Assembly (NCBI GenBank): GCA_043228905.1
Contig: JBHGNT010000002.1
Coordinates: forward strand, 1,550,001 to 1,614,000
DNA: 64,000 nucleotides
From: Azolla caroliniana
Lineage: Eukaryota > Plantae > Polypodiophyta
Reading direction: 5' to 3'
Positions within the stretch are counted from its first letter, which is position 1, and each line of letters starts with the position of its first letter. Below are positions 51,771 to 64,000 of this stretch, in pieces. A program made the translations under genes and the position numbers. Under the pieces are notes generated by a model. That model was not told the origin of the DNA and made no database searches. It saw nothing but the letters and a program-made list of their open reading frames with translations.

Positions 51771-54700
51771 TTAAGATGCATTGACACCAGTAGGATCAGC
51801 ATTAGCCATAATCCATGGATGAGTAAGAACAAGTTTCAAAGGAATCCTCTGTGAAGGGTCTTTTACCAGCAACTGCCCAAGTAATAAGAAGGTTAGAGAA
51901 AATTTATGCATATCTAAATGTGTATTAGGAAAATTAAAGCCACAAAAAACAACACACTGATACCTTTGTGATAAGATCCTTTGCTTGAGAAGAGATTACA
52001 GGCCTCGAAGGAAACTTGATATCTATACTCATTATCCTACAAATCCTCTTGGAGAATTACAAAACAAATCCATATGAACATAATTTAGGAACCTAACCTA
52101 AATGCATATAATTAATAGTTAATTTTTTACCTTCTGTATGTGCCAGAATGGCTTTGTGCTTCAAAGGGCGGGATTCCATACAGAAATTCAAAGCATAGAA
52201 CTCCTAAACACCAGATATCTACTCCTGCATCATGCTCCTTGCTTTCCACTATAAATGAAACACAAAAACATCTTTTAACATTTAAATTTCAAAATAACAT
52301 CCATAAATAAATGACATAAGAGATCCATATACATGACCCTTGTAAACAGCATCATCAATCACCTACCAATTGGGTTAAGAAAGTTTGGGGTTATTGGGTT
52401 AAGAGTTCTATGATCTGCCAGAATATAGGGAAAAAAGAAGTGGAATGAAGGAAAATACACAAGTGGATAAACAACACCTTAATAAATCCACGATAGCTAT
52501 ACACTAGAACTCTTGGTCTAGTTTCTAGAGTCCAGACCATAGCTATATAAACTGTGTATCAAAATATCGAGGAGATCATATCTAACCATGGAAGTATATG
52601 CTAAGCTGTTAGTGGCATATTCTACTTCTTTAAGGATTAAAATTTTATACTCCTTCTAAGCCACACTAGTTTATGCTAAGCCATCATTCTAGAAGTTCCA
52701 TGCCCAAGTACTGTGAGGAGATTCAAATTGCAGATGTAAACCTTAGGATAATTGGAATTCCTAGTTCTTGGCGAACAGCCAGTGATATAGAGTGACTGTT
52801 AGATTTCATGTGGATAATATACACATACCCATCTCAGGTGCTAGATAATCCAGTGTTCCACAGAGTGTTTTTCTCTTATTGAAAGTGTGAGGAGATCATA
52901 GCTAACCATGGTAGTATATGCTAAGCTGTTAGTGGCATATTCTGCTTCTTTAAGGATTAAAATTTTATACTCCTTCTAAGCCACACTAGTTTATGCTAAG
53001 CCATCATTCTAGAAGTTCCATGCCCAAGTACTGTGAGGAGATTAAAATCGCAGATGTAAACCTTAGGATAATTGGAATTCCTAGTTCTTGACGAACTGCC
53101 AGTGATATAGAGTGACTGTTAGATTTCATGTGGATAATATACACATACCCATCTCAGGTGCTAGATAATCCAGTGTTCCACAGAATGTCTTTCTCTTATT
53201 GAAAGTGTGAACAGACCATCCAAAATCAGCAATCTTCAACTCTCCCTGACAGAAACAACCATCAAACATTAGAACACCGTAAGCTAAACTTCTCCAATTT
53301 AAATATAGACATAGAAAGTAATCTGTTTTAATAATAACTACCTTAATTCCTATCAGCAAGTTTTCTGGCTTGATGTCCCGGTGAATAACATGCTTTTGAT
53401 GGCAATAGATCAGGGCCCTTGCTAGAGATGCTATGTACTGTACATAGAATATTGAAAGTAAGGTAAATATCAAAGATATCACAAAAACATGTGCAATTAT
53501 CTCCACTATTTATATCTATATATATCCATTGTATATATAAATTTGTTCATGAGATTTCGTAGTATCTATTGGAGAGTTATTTTTTAAGAGCTATTAGCCA
53601 AACTGCAGAAAGGTATTAAAATCAAAGCAGATGCAGTCACAGATGATGGAAATACATTATCTTTTTTGGAGCATAAATGGCTTGTGCCTCACTTATTGAA
53701 TGAAACACAGCTTGATATCTGTCTCGAGCTCATAACTGGCCGCTACAAACTCACTGGTCAAAAATCTATGTGGGATCACAATCCAAACTGTGTGGCATAT
53801 GCAAAAGTCGTTGGTTTTGTGGAAATGGCCAACCAAAGGAGTTCGGAAGAGTTCACTGGTCTTAAGAATTTCCTATTTCTTTGATGATGTCTACTTGAGA
53901 TCTGTTAGTCTTAAGATTTCCCAAAGTTGTGGACAAGCAGATGAAATATTTTCATATATACTCTGGACTTATTCGTTGCCTATCAGTATGTTGGTACACT
54001 CAAGGAAAATCACTTCAGCACTTGTGGACAAGCTAATGAGACCCTTATGTGTGATACTTTTCTTGCAGCAAGTTACCAACAGTCTTCAGTTACAGATCCC
54101 CACTCATAAATTCCGAAATTTATTTTGGTTCTTTGGCATTTTATTACAAGACCTTAAGCCTGTCATCATCTTTCTGGCATGGGTCTGACATAAGTCTCCA
54201 TAGACACTCTGGACTGTGGACAATGAGTAGAATACTGGGCAATCCACTTCTGACTCATATCTCATATTTAGGTTTGTCATGTCTACCATGACATGTTGTA
54301 AATATCCTTTACGGGTTTTCACCCCACTTTGAAGCCAGAATAATGTAAAGAATTGCTAAATAAAAAACGTGTATATGCGTATGTTTATGTCTGTTTACCA
54401 AAGCGTTCCTTTTACTCACAGTTGCAGCTCGTTGCTCATTGAATGTTTTTTGAATCTGGAGTTCCTTGTACAACTCTCCTCTTGCAGCATATTCAAGAAT
54501 CAGATAAACTCGACTCTGTAATTGAAGTGGATAGGCTGTATAAGTATTAGCCTAAACAGAAACATGTATACATTATATGCAAACATTTGATATCTTCTGT
54601 TGGATGTGCTAATAATCTCTAGCCTCATTGACTCCATACATTCACCGATTTACGAACAGAGTTTACGATGTATGCAGGTAGGTATGCCTTTGATTACAGA

Positions 54701-55730
54701 ATATAGGCATCCATAAAAAGGTAAATTAGATGCACATGCATAACGACGTTGTTTGAAATAACCTACAATGTTTGAATGGGTAGTGTCCTTGAAAGTTTAG
54801 ACTCGAATGAGATACATACATGGAAACTCTAGTCAATTAAAAAAAAAACTTTGCTCAACAAATTTGTGGAGCTTTTTCATCATATACACGTAAACAGCTT
54901 TAAAATCAATAAATATTATGTGCATATAGGAGAATCAGATGGATATATATGCATAAATACATATAATCTCCAGGTGAAACCAGCAAATGATACATTCAAA
55001 GCTGCAATTCCTATATGTATGAAAACAAAACTCCACTCAATTATAGAGCTGCTGCTTTATAGAGATCAAGATACAGATCTGTTCCTTACCATGTTGCATA
55101 TCGTAATCAAATTTGCATGACATTGCTAATAATATAAGTGCAGATGGATCTATATACGTGTATACACCCATACATACAACTGGGTCTACATACATCAATG
55201 TATACATGCTAATGATATCAATACATTTGTACATATAAATAGATACATACATAACATAAATACATTGTTTGCCAAATATTATGATACCTCATCATAGAAA
55301 TATCCATATAAACGAAGAATATTGGGGTGTCTTAGATGGCTTTGGATCTCAATCTCTCGACGCAATTGATGTTCAACTTTACACTTTTGAAGCTGATGCT
55401 TGAAGAGAACCTTAAGAGCCACTATATACTTACTCTGCAACAAAAACAATGTCACATATATCCATGGATAACATCGAAAAAAGAAAGGGTTAAAGAAAGA
55501 ATGCAGAAGAAGAAGAAGAAGAAGAAGAAGAAAATGATCACATATTCAGAGAAATGACTAACCTTCTTCTCTCTGGCGAGGTATACTTTTCCAAATTTTC
55601 CACTTCCGAGAGGTTTTCCTATATCAAAATCGTTTAAAGACCAGTACTTGCACCTCTCCTCCTCCTCTTCTTCTCTATATTCTCCGCCATTCTCTTTGAT
55701 CTCTGGCAGAGAAACCCTAAAATCCATCAT
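51771..55730 (-). CDS. AUR: Aurora serine/threonine kinase; exons 55563-55730, 55288-55434, 54420-54515, 53342-53437, 53149-53245, 52131-52248, 51964-52036, 51771-51872
   Basis: [39 protein letters not shown]...[89 protein letters not shown]/...[16 protein letters not shown]. All junctions are GT-AG and in phase. Confidence 0.96.
52569..53208. repeat. 320-bp tandem duplication covering the 3' part of Aurora exon 5 and the start of intron 5
   Basis: GAGGAGATCATA occurs at 52569 and 52889. The exon fragment CCATCTCAGGTGCTAGATAATCCAGTGTTCCACAGA occurs at 52829 and 53149. Confidence 0.96.
53600..54340 (+). mobile_element. Degenerate LINE RT remnant in Aurora intron 3
   Basis: [24 protein letters not shown]...Q resembles LINE RT RPISLL....KI....L..RL...L....Q. 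Confidence 0.45.
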
Positions 55731-55778
55731 GTCTCACTATGTCACTGCGTCCTTCCTTTCGGTCTTTCCTTGAAGCGT

Positions 55779-55821
<43 letters not shown>

Positions 55822-55829
55822 GCGTGTGC

Positions 55830-55861
<32 letters not shown>

Positions 55862-55882
55862 CTCTCTCTCTCTCTCTCTTAT

Positions 55883-55893
55883 CTCAACGGTCA
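55883..55893 (+). promoter_or_regulatory. MSA-like element (MYB3R site) about 150 bp upstream of the Aurora ATG
   Basis: CTCAACGGTCA versus consensus YCYAACGGYYA (one mismatch). This fits a G2/M kinase. Confidence 0.5.
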
Positions 55894-56623
55894 TAACGTA
55901 ATCCTTATATTTTGAATGATTTCTCTTTTTGGCAGCATTTCCATATTTGGAAACATATTTTGGGCATTGTTTCCTCCTTATGGATTTCCATCTTAACCTT
56001 GAATATTGATTTCCTACCATAATAGTATAGTTTAAGTAGAGCCATATATGTCTATCACATCCAGACAAGAATGTGTGATGTTGTTGTAAGAGATCCAAAG
56101 TTTGAGAAATATATTTTAAAGTTCAAATGTGGTAAATTTAAATGTGCTCGCACAAATCTAGAGTGTTAGCTACAACTTCTAGATTTTTCCCTTTATGAAA
56201 GAACAAACTCGACTTACCTAAAATAGTTGTTACGCTAAAGGGCGTATCCCACCTACTCTGAAGGACGAATGGAAGAAGTGGCCATTCCTCAACTTTGTTA
56301 TCCAACTTACAGTCACAAGCCAAGAGAGGGCTCGAAAAGTTCTATTGTGTCAAATAGACAAACAATTTTTGGAAACAAGAGAGACACATTGTTTGCTTAC
56401 TTCAATTAAGGTAAACTTCCAAGCTCTTCCATTTGGGCATTGATTTCCAAGCATGTTTATGCAAATCCTCCATGAATGTGGATAGGTTTATGGAGAATCA
56501 AAGTTATATAAATAGTAAAGGTGCCAATACTAAAATGAACTAAATATCTTTATTCAAAGCGGTGCAAGCTCAAAACATATATGCATATATTGTGATAAGC
56601 CAAGAGAAAGGTATGAGACACAA

Positions 56624-57407
56624 TGTAGACCCTAGATGTATTGCATGTGGACAGATAGAAAGCATTTCCCATTGTCTATGGGAACGTCGCAAGGCAGTGG
56701 CTATATGGGGAAGGGCACTACGTTTGCTTTGCCATGCCTCTAGTTCGTTCACCCTCAACATGGGACATGCTTGCGGGAATTGTCTTGAGGATGATGTGGC
56801 GAAATATGATAGCACATGCAATGCTAAGTACATAGGGGAGAATGGCACGGTTCGGCTGATCACTGACAACAGGGTACCCACAACTTATGCACATAATCAA
56901 AAACTTGGAGATCTTTGGACGTTGCTTGCCCTGATTACCATATGGTGTATATGGACAACAAGTTGTACCAAGGTATTTTCAGCACACAAATGCCCTCCAG
57001 CTGAATCGATTAAGCTAATTTGACACACATTAATAACTACACTAAGAGCTCAATATGAGCGAAATGCTGGTACTAATGATGTTGTAGAATTAATGAGGCT
57101 GAATTTTTTAATGTGGTGGTGTACTACACCAATGGCTGCAACAAATGGAATGGATATACAATGGAAGTATGAAGTACCTAAATGGTTGTTCCCACCTCCC
57201 ATTAGTTGAACAAGGGGCGTGAAAGAGATGGCATGTGGAATAGTGAATGTAGGTGATGTGTATGAAAGGAAGGCTAGAGACATGTGAAAGTGTAAGATAA
57301 ATAAGCGAGATCTCTTATGTAGGATAGGGGCTAGTCTAGGCAAGGCCTACCCGAGAGAGTTTGTGTATATTTTAACTAATGGAGTATATTCTTTTTTGGA
57401 AAAAAAA
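56624..57407 (+). mobile_element. 5'-truncated LINE 3' end (zf-RVT region, short poly-A, about 18-bp TSD)
   Basis: CIACGQIESISHCLWE...AIW and TIWCIWT...KVF motifs. A-tail at 57400-57407. TSD GAAAGGTATGAGACACAA (56606-56623) versus GAAAGGTACGACACACAA (57408-57425). Confidence 0.85.
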
Positions 57408-57591
57408 GAAAGGTACGACACACAACATTAACATATATGTATATATTGTGATAAGCCAAGAGAAAGGTATGACACACAACATTAACATATATGCATATAT
57501 TGTGATAAGCCAAAAGAAAGGTATGACACACAACATTAACATATATGCATATATTGTGATAAGCCAAGAGAAAGGTATGACACACAACATT
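57408..57591. repeat. 54-bp minisatellite (about 3.4 copies) with a further copy at 56574-56623
   Basis: The unit AACATATATG(C/T)ATATATTGTGATAAGCCAA(G/A)AGAAAGGTATGACACACAACATT starts at 57430, 57484 and 57538. Confidence 0.95.
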
Positions 57592-59753
57592 CAACGGCTA
57601 CATAAACTCTTGAATTGGCATATATTTTGGTGGCATTAAAAAGAAACATTTATGAATATTTGCAAGCAACTAGTGAAAGTGATTGTGTTTGAGGTTATAA
57701 GGAACTCAACGGTTTCGTATTGTACCAAGGATTAATGTTTTAGAATTTCCAGCTATTCATGCATGCACATCTTCCATGAATTGATCAAATAGTGGTACCA
57801 ATACTTGGAATATAAATGGTTCCATCATGCATCTTTATCATAGCCTCTCTAATGATGATAATACTTCAAGTAACTCACAAGATTGCAAGTGAAAAATGAC
57901 CGTCTCGGCTTGTTGAAAGATTATATAATTTGAATTTATCGACTCTTGCTAAACAAGAGTCTATGTGGATATACCTTTTACAATTCCATCATATCTACTT
58001 ATTTAGCCAATAATATTTCTCAAGGTATATCCTAGATTACAACTACACTTTTCTTTGAATGCCTACAGTTTATTGAGTATATTAGACTACTAGGTACCTA
58101 TCATGTGTCAATTCATTGCGTTTTCCCACCCTGTCTTGAGGTTTCCAGCATGTAGTGTATTACAAGAAATACATGGCCATGTAATTGAATCAGGAGTTGT
58201 GTCCCATATTCTTTATCATTCTAAAACTCATTAGGGCAATTGCAGTACATCAACATCGCATGGCCTTCAAGTGACATATTTCACATTTCAAGTGGCATTT
58301 AGAATGGTGCTAATTAGAATTCAGGGAGTGAAAGATGAATTGGAACTTCCCTTGCAAGCATTGCATCCTCTACTTTCAAGAAAAAAGAAATCAGAGTACA
58401 AGTTCATCAACAAAAATAACTCCTGAAAAGCATCAATATGTTGATTGTGAATGAGCTCATCAAAGACAAAAGGATGCAGAGAAGTTCAGAATGCAACATA
58501 ACTTGAGCAAATGGATAATAGGAGGTATATTGACACAGTACCCATCACCCAAGAATTCCTAACTTTCAAGTGATCATCTTGTTAGTGGCAACCTCCTAGG
58601 TTGGTCCTATTGTCATTTTAATGATATACTGTTCAATTTACGACATTTATTAGTTACCTTATAGCCTTGATTTTATATCCATTAACGTATGAATAAACAT
58701 TTCAAATGTTTCTGTTGTGCATCTTTTGATATTAGATATCCTAGTAAAGTAAGAAATACTAAAAAGTGGATGATCTTTAAATTTATTTTTCAATTTTCAG
58801 GCTCCAGCAACCAAGAACTATACATTAGGATATGATAGATACAATGCATTTATTACTTACACCATTTGATATTAGATCATAAGTCTAAGATAAAGCCAGA
58901 AATGCTACAACGTATTGCAATCATTTAAATTAAGATTCAATCGCCTGGAGAAAGTTTTCATTATTAAAATCAATGACCAGAACATGATTTCCACATTAAA
59001 TTTAGCTGTTTTAATTGGTAAATGATGGAAAAAAAACATTGGCTATGTAGCTTTTAATAGGGTTAATTTCAAACTATATCAATCTCAAGGGGCAAGAGCC
59101 AAATGCCCATGGAGAGGAAACTTGAAAATGCATCCGTTTCTCCTGTAAATTTGTCATGGCAACAATTGCAATTATATCGAGGCGATTTCACAGCTTTCAG
59201 AGACCTGAATAAAGTCATGAGACATTAATCAATTTTAAGCTTCTGTGAAGAGGCATTTGACAACGATTGACCTATGGTAATTATATAGCAACCATGAAGA
59301 AATGGGATATCATCTTACATACATGGGAGAGGAATGATTTTGCAAAGTTCCAGTGTATTATGAATCTAAGTTCTACAGAGGATCGTAATCCAAGAGGCAT
59401 CAGGATTGTAATTTTTGGAGGATAGTACATGATGCACTATCATTATTCAAAAGTGAGTTTCATATAAATGTTTAGCCCATGCTCAAATTTAACCTGTGTA
59501 AATAAATGTTAGAAGTATTTGCTTTTCTTTTATAGTATAATCATGATGGTATGTTTTATGCGGCATTTTTGACACCCTAAAGTAGAATGTGAAAAACATA
59601 GCTGTAATCTGTAGCTGCATCAGTCAATTTTAAATGTGTGAAAACAAATAGATTTTGTTTGTTTCTGCATCACTTCATTATCCACTGTAAAAAAAAAAAG
59701 GAATAGAAAATGCTGTCGAAGGCAAAACTCAACTCACCTATTTGTATCTGTTG

Positions 59754-60143
59754 TTATTTTGTAATCGGTTGTCCACTTTGTAGCCAAGCTCCAAAACCAC
59801 CTAGCATATCTGTCAATCCTGTGAAGCCCTACATAAGAAGCACGACCAAGGAAACACACATGTTTCCAGTCCCCAAGACAATCAGATAATATAAAGCTAT
59901 AAAATAACAAGACTATTAGCAGTATATCAAAAGTTGCTTACACCAGCAGCCAGGTCAGAAGTAGCCATTCTGGACCGTACGCCTGCTTGACACCCCTGAA
60001 CAAATTGCAGAAACAAGCAGTTAGAGATTGTTTATTACATCCAATCTAGATTTCTTTGAAAAGAAAGCTCACCACAATGATTTCATCTTCTGGATTGAAT
60101 TTCTTTCTCACCTCCTCTACAAAACTGGGATTCTTTACCATAC
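59754..60143 (-). CDS. 3' exons of a single-domain rhodanese/sulfurtransferase (STR15-18-like); exons 60073-60143, 59942-59995, 59754-59828; 5' exons not found in the window
   Basis: GMVKNPSFVEEVRKKFNPEDEIIV/GCQAGVRSRMATSDLAAG/GFTGLTDMLGGFGAWLQSGQPITK*, with the active-site loop CxxGxRS and the GG..AW motif. Confidence 0.88.
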
Positions 60144-61049
60144 CTGTGAGGCAACCAAGACCTTTACTACCGTATTTATGTCCCCTTCTTTCAAACATAA
60201 ATAAAGACCACGCACTTCCACAGCAACGTGACACGAAAACAACTAAAAAGGGAGAGAGCTTGCACACTCCAACACCTCCCCAAAATGAACAACAAGGTTA
60301 ATACATGAGCCAAACAAATGTTGAAGCTTGATCACAATAGGACTTGATTCAGCAAAAGATAAAATATTGTTGTTGGGAAATTTACAAACAACCTATGTGA
60401 TCATAGGTTCGCAGCGCGGTTTGACATGCAGCCAAAAAAAAAGTTCACAACTAAAACATCATGACATTGACCAAACAAACCTTTTAAAATCCATGCTTGT
60501 ATTTTAATTTTAATTTATATTTTGACATAAGTGAGTCAAATGGAATAGTTGTCAACCTCATCTAACTAAGAGGAAAACAGTGGTACACAATATCATTGTT
60601 AAACAAAGCTTCAATCATCATTGATAAAAAGAAATTTCCGCACATACACATGCACAATCAAAGAAAAATTATGCGATAAAAAGGTGTTCCAAGTAAAAGA
60701 GAAGAGACAAGCAAACTCAACTAAAAACTATGTATATAGAAAGATATTACAGGCTGGAACAGTCATGTTTTGGCACATACAACAATGTGTTGCTTCTATT
60801 CCAAAACTAGAGAAAACTAACAAATAACTATGCAGTGTTATGCACAGCTGCAAAGTAACTATGGCAAGTGTCTGGCAATTGGCTACTAAAGTTAAAGACT
60901 TTTATATGAGCAACATAACTGTGACATCTATGTACACACATTTAAAGGGGATTTATTCCACCACATCTTGGGTTAGGATACAGTATCATGATATCATCAC
61001 CACATTATCAAAATCACACACAAATTAACGGTTTTCTAACATTTCTCTT

Positions 61050-61770
61050 CTTCACATCCAAGGTGGAGGAACAATGTTGTACTTCATTAGAATGCCTTTC
61101 AATTGTTTACAATTCAGAACATCCATGATCACATCTGTTATTATCTTCCGTACATCAATCGTCAAATTGATTGCTTTCTTCTATACGTGATCTCTAGTGA
61201 AATGATAATCAATATCAATGTGCTTTACCTATTAATGATATCCTTAATTCTTGGCTAGTGCAATAGCACTCTAACTGTCTGAGAATATAGTTAAAGAAGT
61301 TTCCCCCTCCAAATGTAGTTTAACTCAAATATGAAGATCAACTTATACGTTGGAAGGCTGCCCTTGCTTATGTTGAATGGGATAATGTAGTGACTTTGAC
61401 TTCCTCTAAGAATGTCAAAAGATCCAGATAAAGGATGCTATTATACACATCAATTATTTCCTCAGTAATTGTTTTCTAAATTACCCCAATCTTGTTCTTA
61501 ACATATACATCATTCTGGAATCCATCCTCCACCTTAAAGCATAGATATGCATGATCTGCTGCCAGCCCTATAGGTTGACTAGACATGATGAAATCTGTTA
61601 TCTCAGGTGGAAGGGAAGGTTCTCATCAAGTTATCCACCATGCTTACACCTCCATTGTGGTTCCAACATGTCAAAGCATCTGGTCTTGACTATTGTGACA
61701 AACCATTGTATATCATTAATCCATGTGCACAACCAAAGTCTAGAAAGTGTTTGCGATATTCTGTCACTTT
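61050..61770 (-). mobile_element. Degenerate copia RT/RNase H remnant
   Basis: Minus-strand KHIDIDYHFTRDHV at about 61185-61227, preceded by SD...AIALA-like sequence. Confidence 0.55.
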
Positions 61771-61776
61771 GCTCAT

Positions 61777-62210
61777 TGTTAGAGATTATTTCTAATGTAA
61801 GCATGAAATAAGGAAATAAATGATAGATAGTAAAGAAAAAGAGAGAGAAAGAAGGGTGCCGATCCACTGAGCGAAGGGAGTGAGACGGACTCGAGCCTTG
61901 ATTGGCGTCCCATACCACCGCCATGGCATCGAGTCGTACCCGGTACTAGCGCGCTCGTTACAAGAGTTTGTTCACCACAAGATCACAATCTCGACGTAGT
62001 CGAATGTTGTGTCTAATACTAAGCCTCATTTTATAGCCAAACCTAAGGGATCCAAGAAAGTTCACACTTGGCCCTTATGGACTGTCTCACTCCCTAGGAT
62101 TAAAAGTAATTCTCCCTTTATACTCCCAATTAACACTCATACTTTATCCTCGTGTGTAGAATACTACGGTACAAACTATCACAGGACAAATGATGGTCGT
62201 GCCCATAACA
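61777..62210. mobile_element. Solo LTR with a perfect 5-bp TSD
   Basis: Termini TGTTAG...ATAACA, flanked by CTCAT at 61772-61776 and 62211-62215; more GC-rich than its flanks. Confidence 0.8.
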
Positions 62211-64000
62211 CTCATATATTGGGCTTGTCAATTTAGGCTACCTTCTTCTGCTACAACTTCCCTCATTTCGGAAACCTCTCCATTCTGTATCGACCTATGT
62301 TAAAGATATTTCAAATACAATAAATATAATATATTTGACTTGAGAATCTTACATGTATGGATGATGAGATTCTTTAGTCACATCTTACATCCAATTTACT
62401 TAGTTACGTTTATTTTGCTTTGCTGTGCTCAAAGATGAGACAACCTTTTAAGATGCAATCTCTTGTTTGGTCTGATAAGCCATTTTAGCCTCTTAAAGGA
62501 CGTTAATATATCTTTCTTTCTTTCTTCTTGCTTGTGTCAAAGAAAGTTGTTTGTTAATCCTTAGAGCTTGACTTGAAGTTCCGTAATAGTTTTATATTCC
62601 CCCATACAAGCAAATCTTAAGAATATCATCATATAACAGTAAGTATTGTGATTCTCAATAATTGAACTGTAACTCTCTACAATTCCCTCTTTGGATTCAT
62701 CTTTACATATAATGTGCATCTACACCCTTATGCACAACACACACTTTATCATGAAGCTCTTCTTCTTTGTACAGCACCGGAACTCCATATTACTGATTCT
62801 TGCCATGTGTTGTTGGGGATGGCATACTGACTCCCATCTATACCATTGTACATCAGGGAATCTACTTTCAGCACATGTGTATGGAGCATGTGTGACTACC
62901 TGGGGTAGATGAGACTCCTTTGAGCACATCTAGTTGACTCCGTGGGGTATATGGGACTTCCAGGAGCATGTGGGACTCCCTAGAGCACATGGGACTCTCA
63001 GAAGCACGTGTAGTAAAAGCAAATCATGTGGGACCCGTCGTCAGGGGGAAGGGAGAGGGGAGGGAGAGCACATAAACTGTTCAGTATCTGTTCAAAGATA
63101 AGGAATGCAAAAGTCCTTGTATCCTCGAATTGAGAATGTTTGCATTTTTATGTGGAATATGTTTATGTAGGTATCTACCCATGCATGAAACCTATAAAAC
63201 AAAGTCATGCTCCACAACATATTTCCATCTTCCAAGGACATAATATAAATTCTGCAATATTAATGCAAGTTTGATTATGGACCTAATTCATTCCAGGTAT
63301 CAGGGTGATAGATTCTGAGTGTCTAGAGCATGTCAATTTTGCTTCAACCATAGGTCCCATCTCTTCTGCACAGAATAGATGAGAAAACATCTTTACATTT
63401 GACTCATAAAGGCTTGGCTTTGCATCAACAATGCATTACCATTCAAGAAGGCAGCCGTCTCCCACACATTTGAGGATTCAGTGCAGTTCCACCATATGTA
63501 TGTGCACCAAATTGCTGTATAGAAGTTAAACCCTTCAATTTACTTTGCTTACAGCTAAATGTTTCAAACTTCACTGCCACACACTCTTCCTCACAATCCT
63601 TTCCTTTTCCTCAAGGTGTCAATCCTAATCCCTCATTGTATGTTCTTCCAGCCATACTAAAGTGGTCCACATGTTCAAAGAAAACCATCTGCTCCAAAAT
63701 GTCCTACAAGAGCTCTGATGTTTCCAGAAGGCCCTTGAAAACTGGGTTGTATGGCGGTATTTTTGTTTATAGGTTGGCAGTGACAGCTTGCATTGATCCA
63801 TTTACATTCCTGGGCTAATAGAATTGGAAATATGAGGCAATTCCAGCCATAGCTGAAACACCAAATCACCTCCATAGTAACCAGGATGTGAAGAGGGCAG
63901 CAAAACTGTCAGATAAACAATTTGCTCGCAACTTCTTTGAATAAAATATTTCATCCATATCAAGAAGATTGAGTTGCACTTATTTGATTAATGGGGGTCC

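Noticed and set aside
57408-57591. CRISPR-like regular repeat
   Set aside because: The units are head-to-tail with no unique spacers, there are no cas genes, and the context is eukaryotic.
62865-63010. Loose 20-bp repeats (GAGCA..TGGGACTC)
   Set aside because: Too degenerate to assign; likely internal to a TE.
63380-64000. Coding-like minus-strand sequence, considered as the rhodanese 5' exons
   Set aside because: All frames contain stops and there are no rhodanese motifs. It has at most a weak resemblance to a LINE ORF2 C-terminus.

Overview
AT-rich, intron-containing land-plant nuclear DNA (probably a fern or other non-flowering vascular plant; this is an impression, not established from the window). 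It holds seven complete or near-complete protein-coding genes: COR413-like, ACINUS-like, At1g16860-like membrane protein, Alba/RPP25-like, MNM1-domain protein, CRCK-like kinase and an Aurora kinase. The 3' end of a rhodanese-like gene is also present. Mobile DNA includes an internally deleted Ty1/copia element with both LTRs and a TSD, a hAT-type MITE nested inside it, a truncated copia, a solo LTR with a TSD, a 5'-truncated LINE with a TSD, and older remnants. The most notable structures are a multi-kb inverted duplication (about 33.1-36.4 kb versus 46.9-51.55 kb) bracketing the CRCK gene and leaving a TE-disrupted pseudogene, a 14-aa/56-aa higher-order repeat inside ACINUS, an Aurora kinase mixing alpha- and beta-type residues with a duplicated activation-loop half-exon, and a copia element with two polypurine tracts and a charged in-frame extension. 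No rRNA, tRNA or CRISPR array was seen. I found no clear evidence of a new multi-gene system. Exon boundaries were read by eye, and family assignments rest on remembered motifs rather than database searches.
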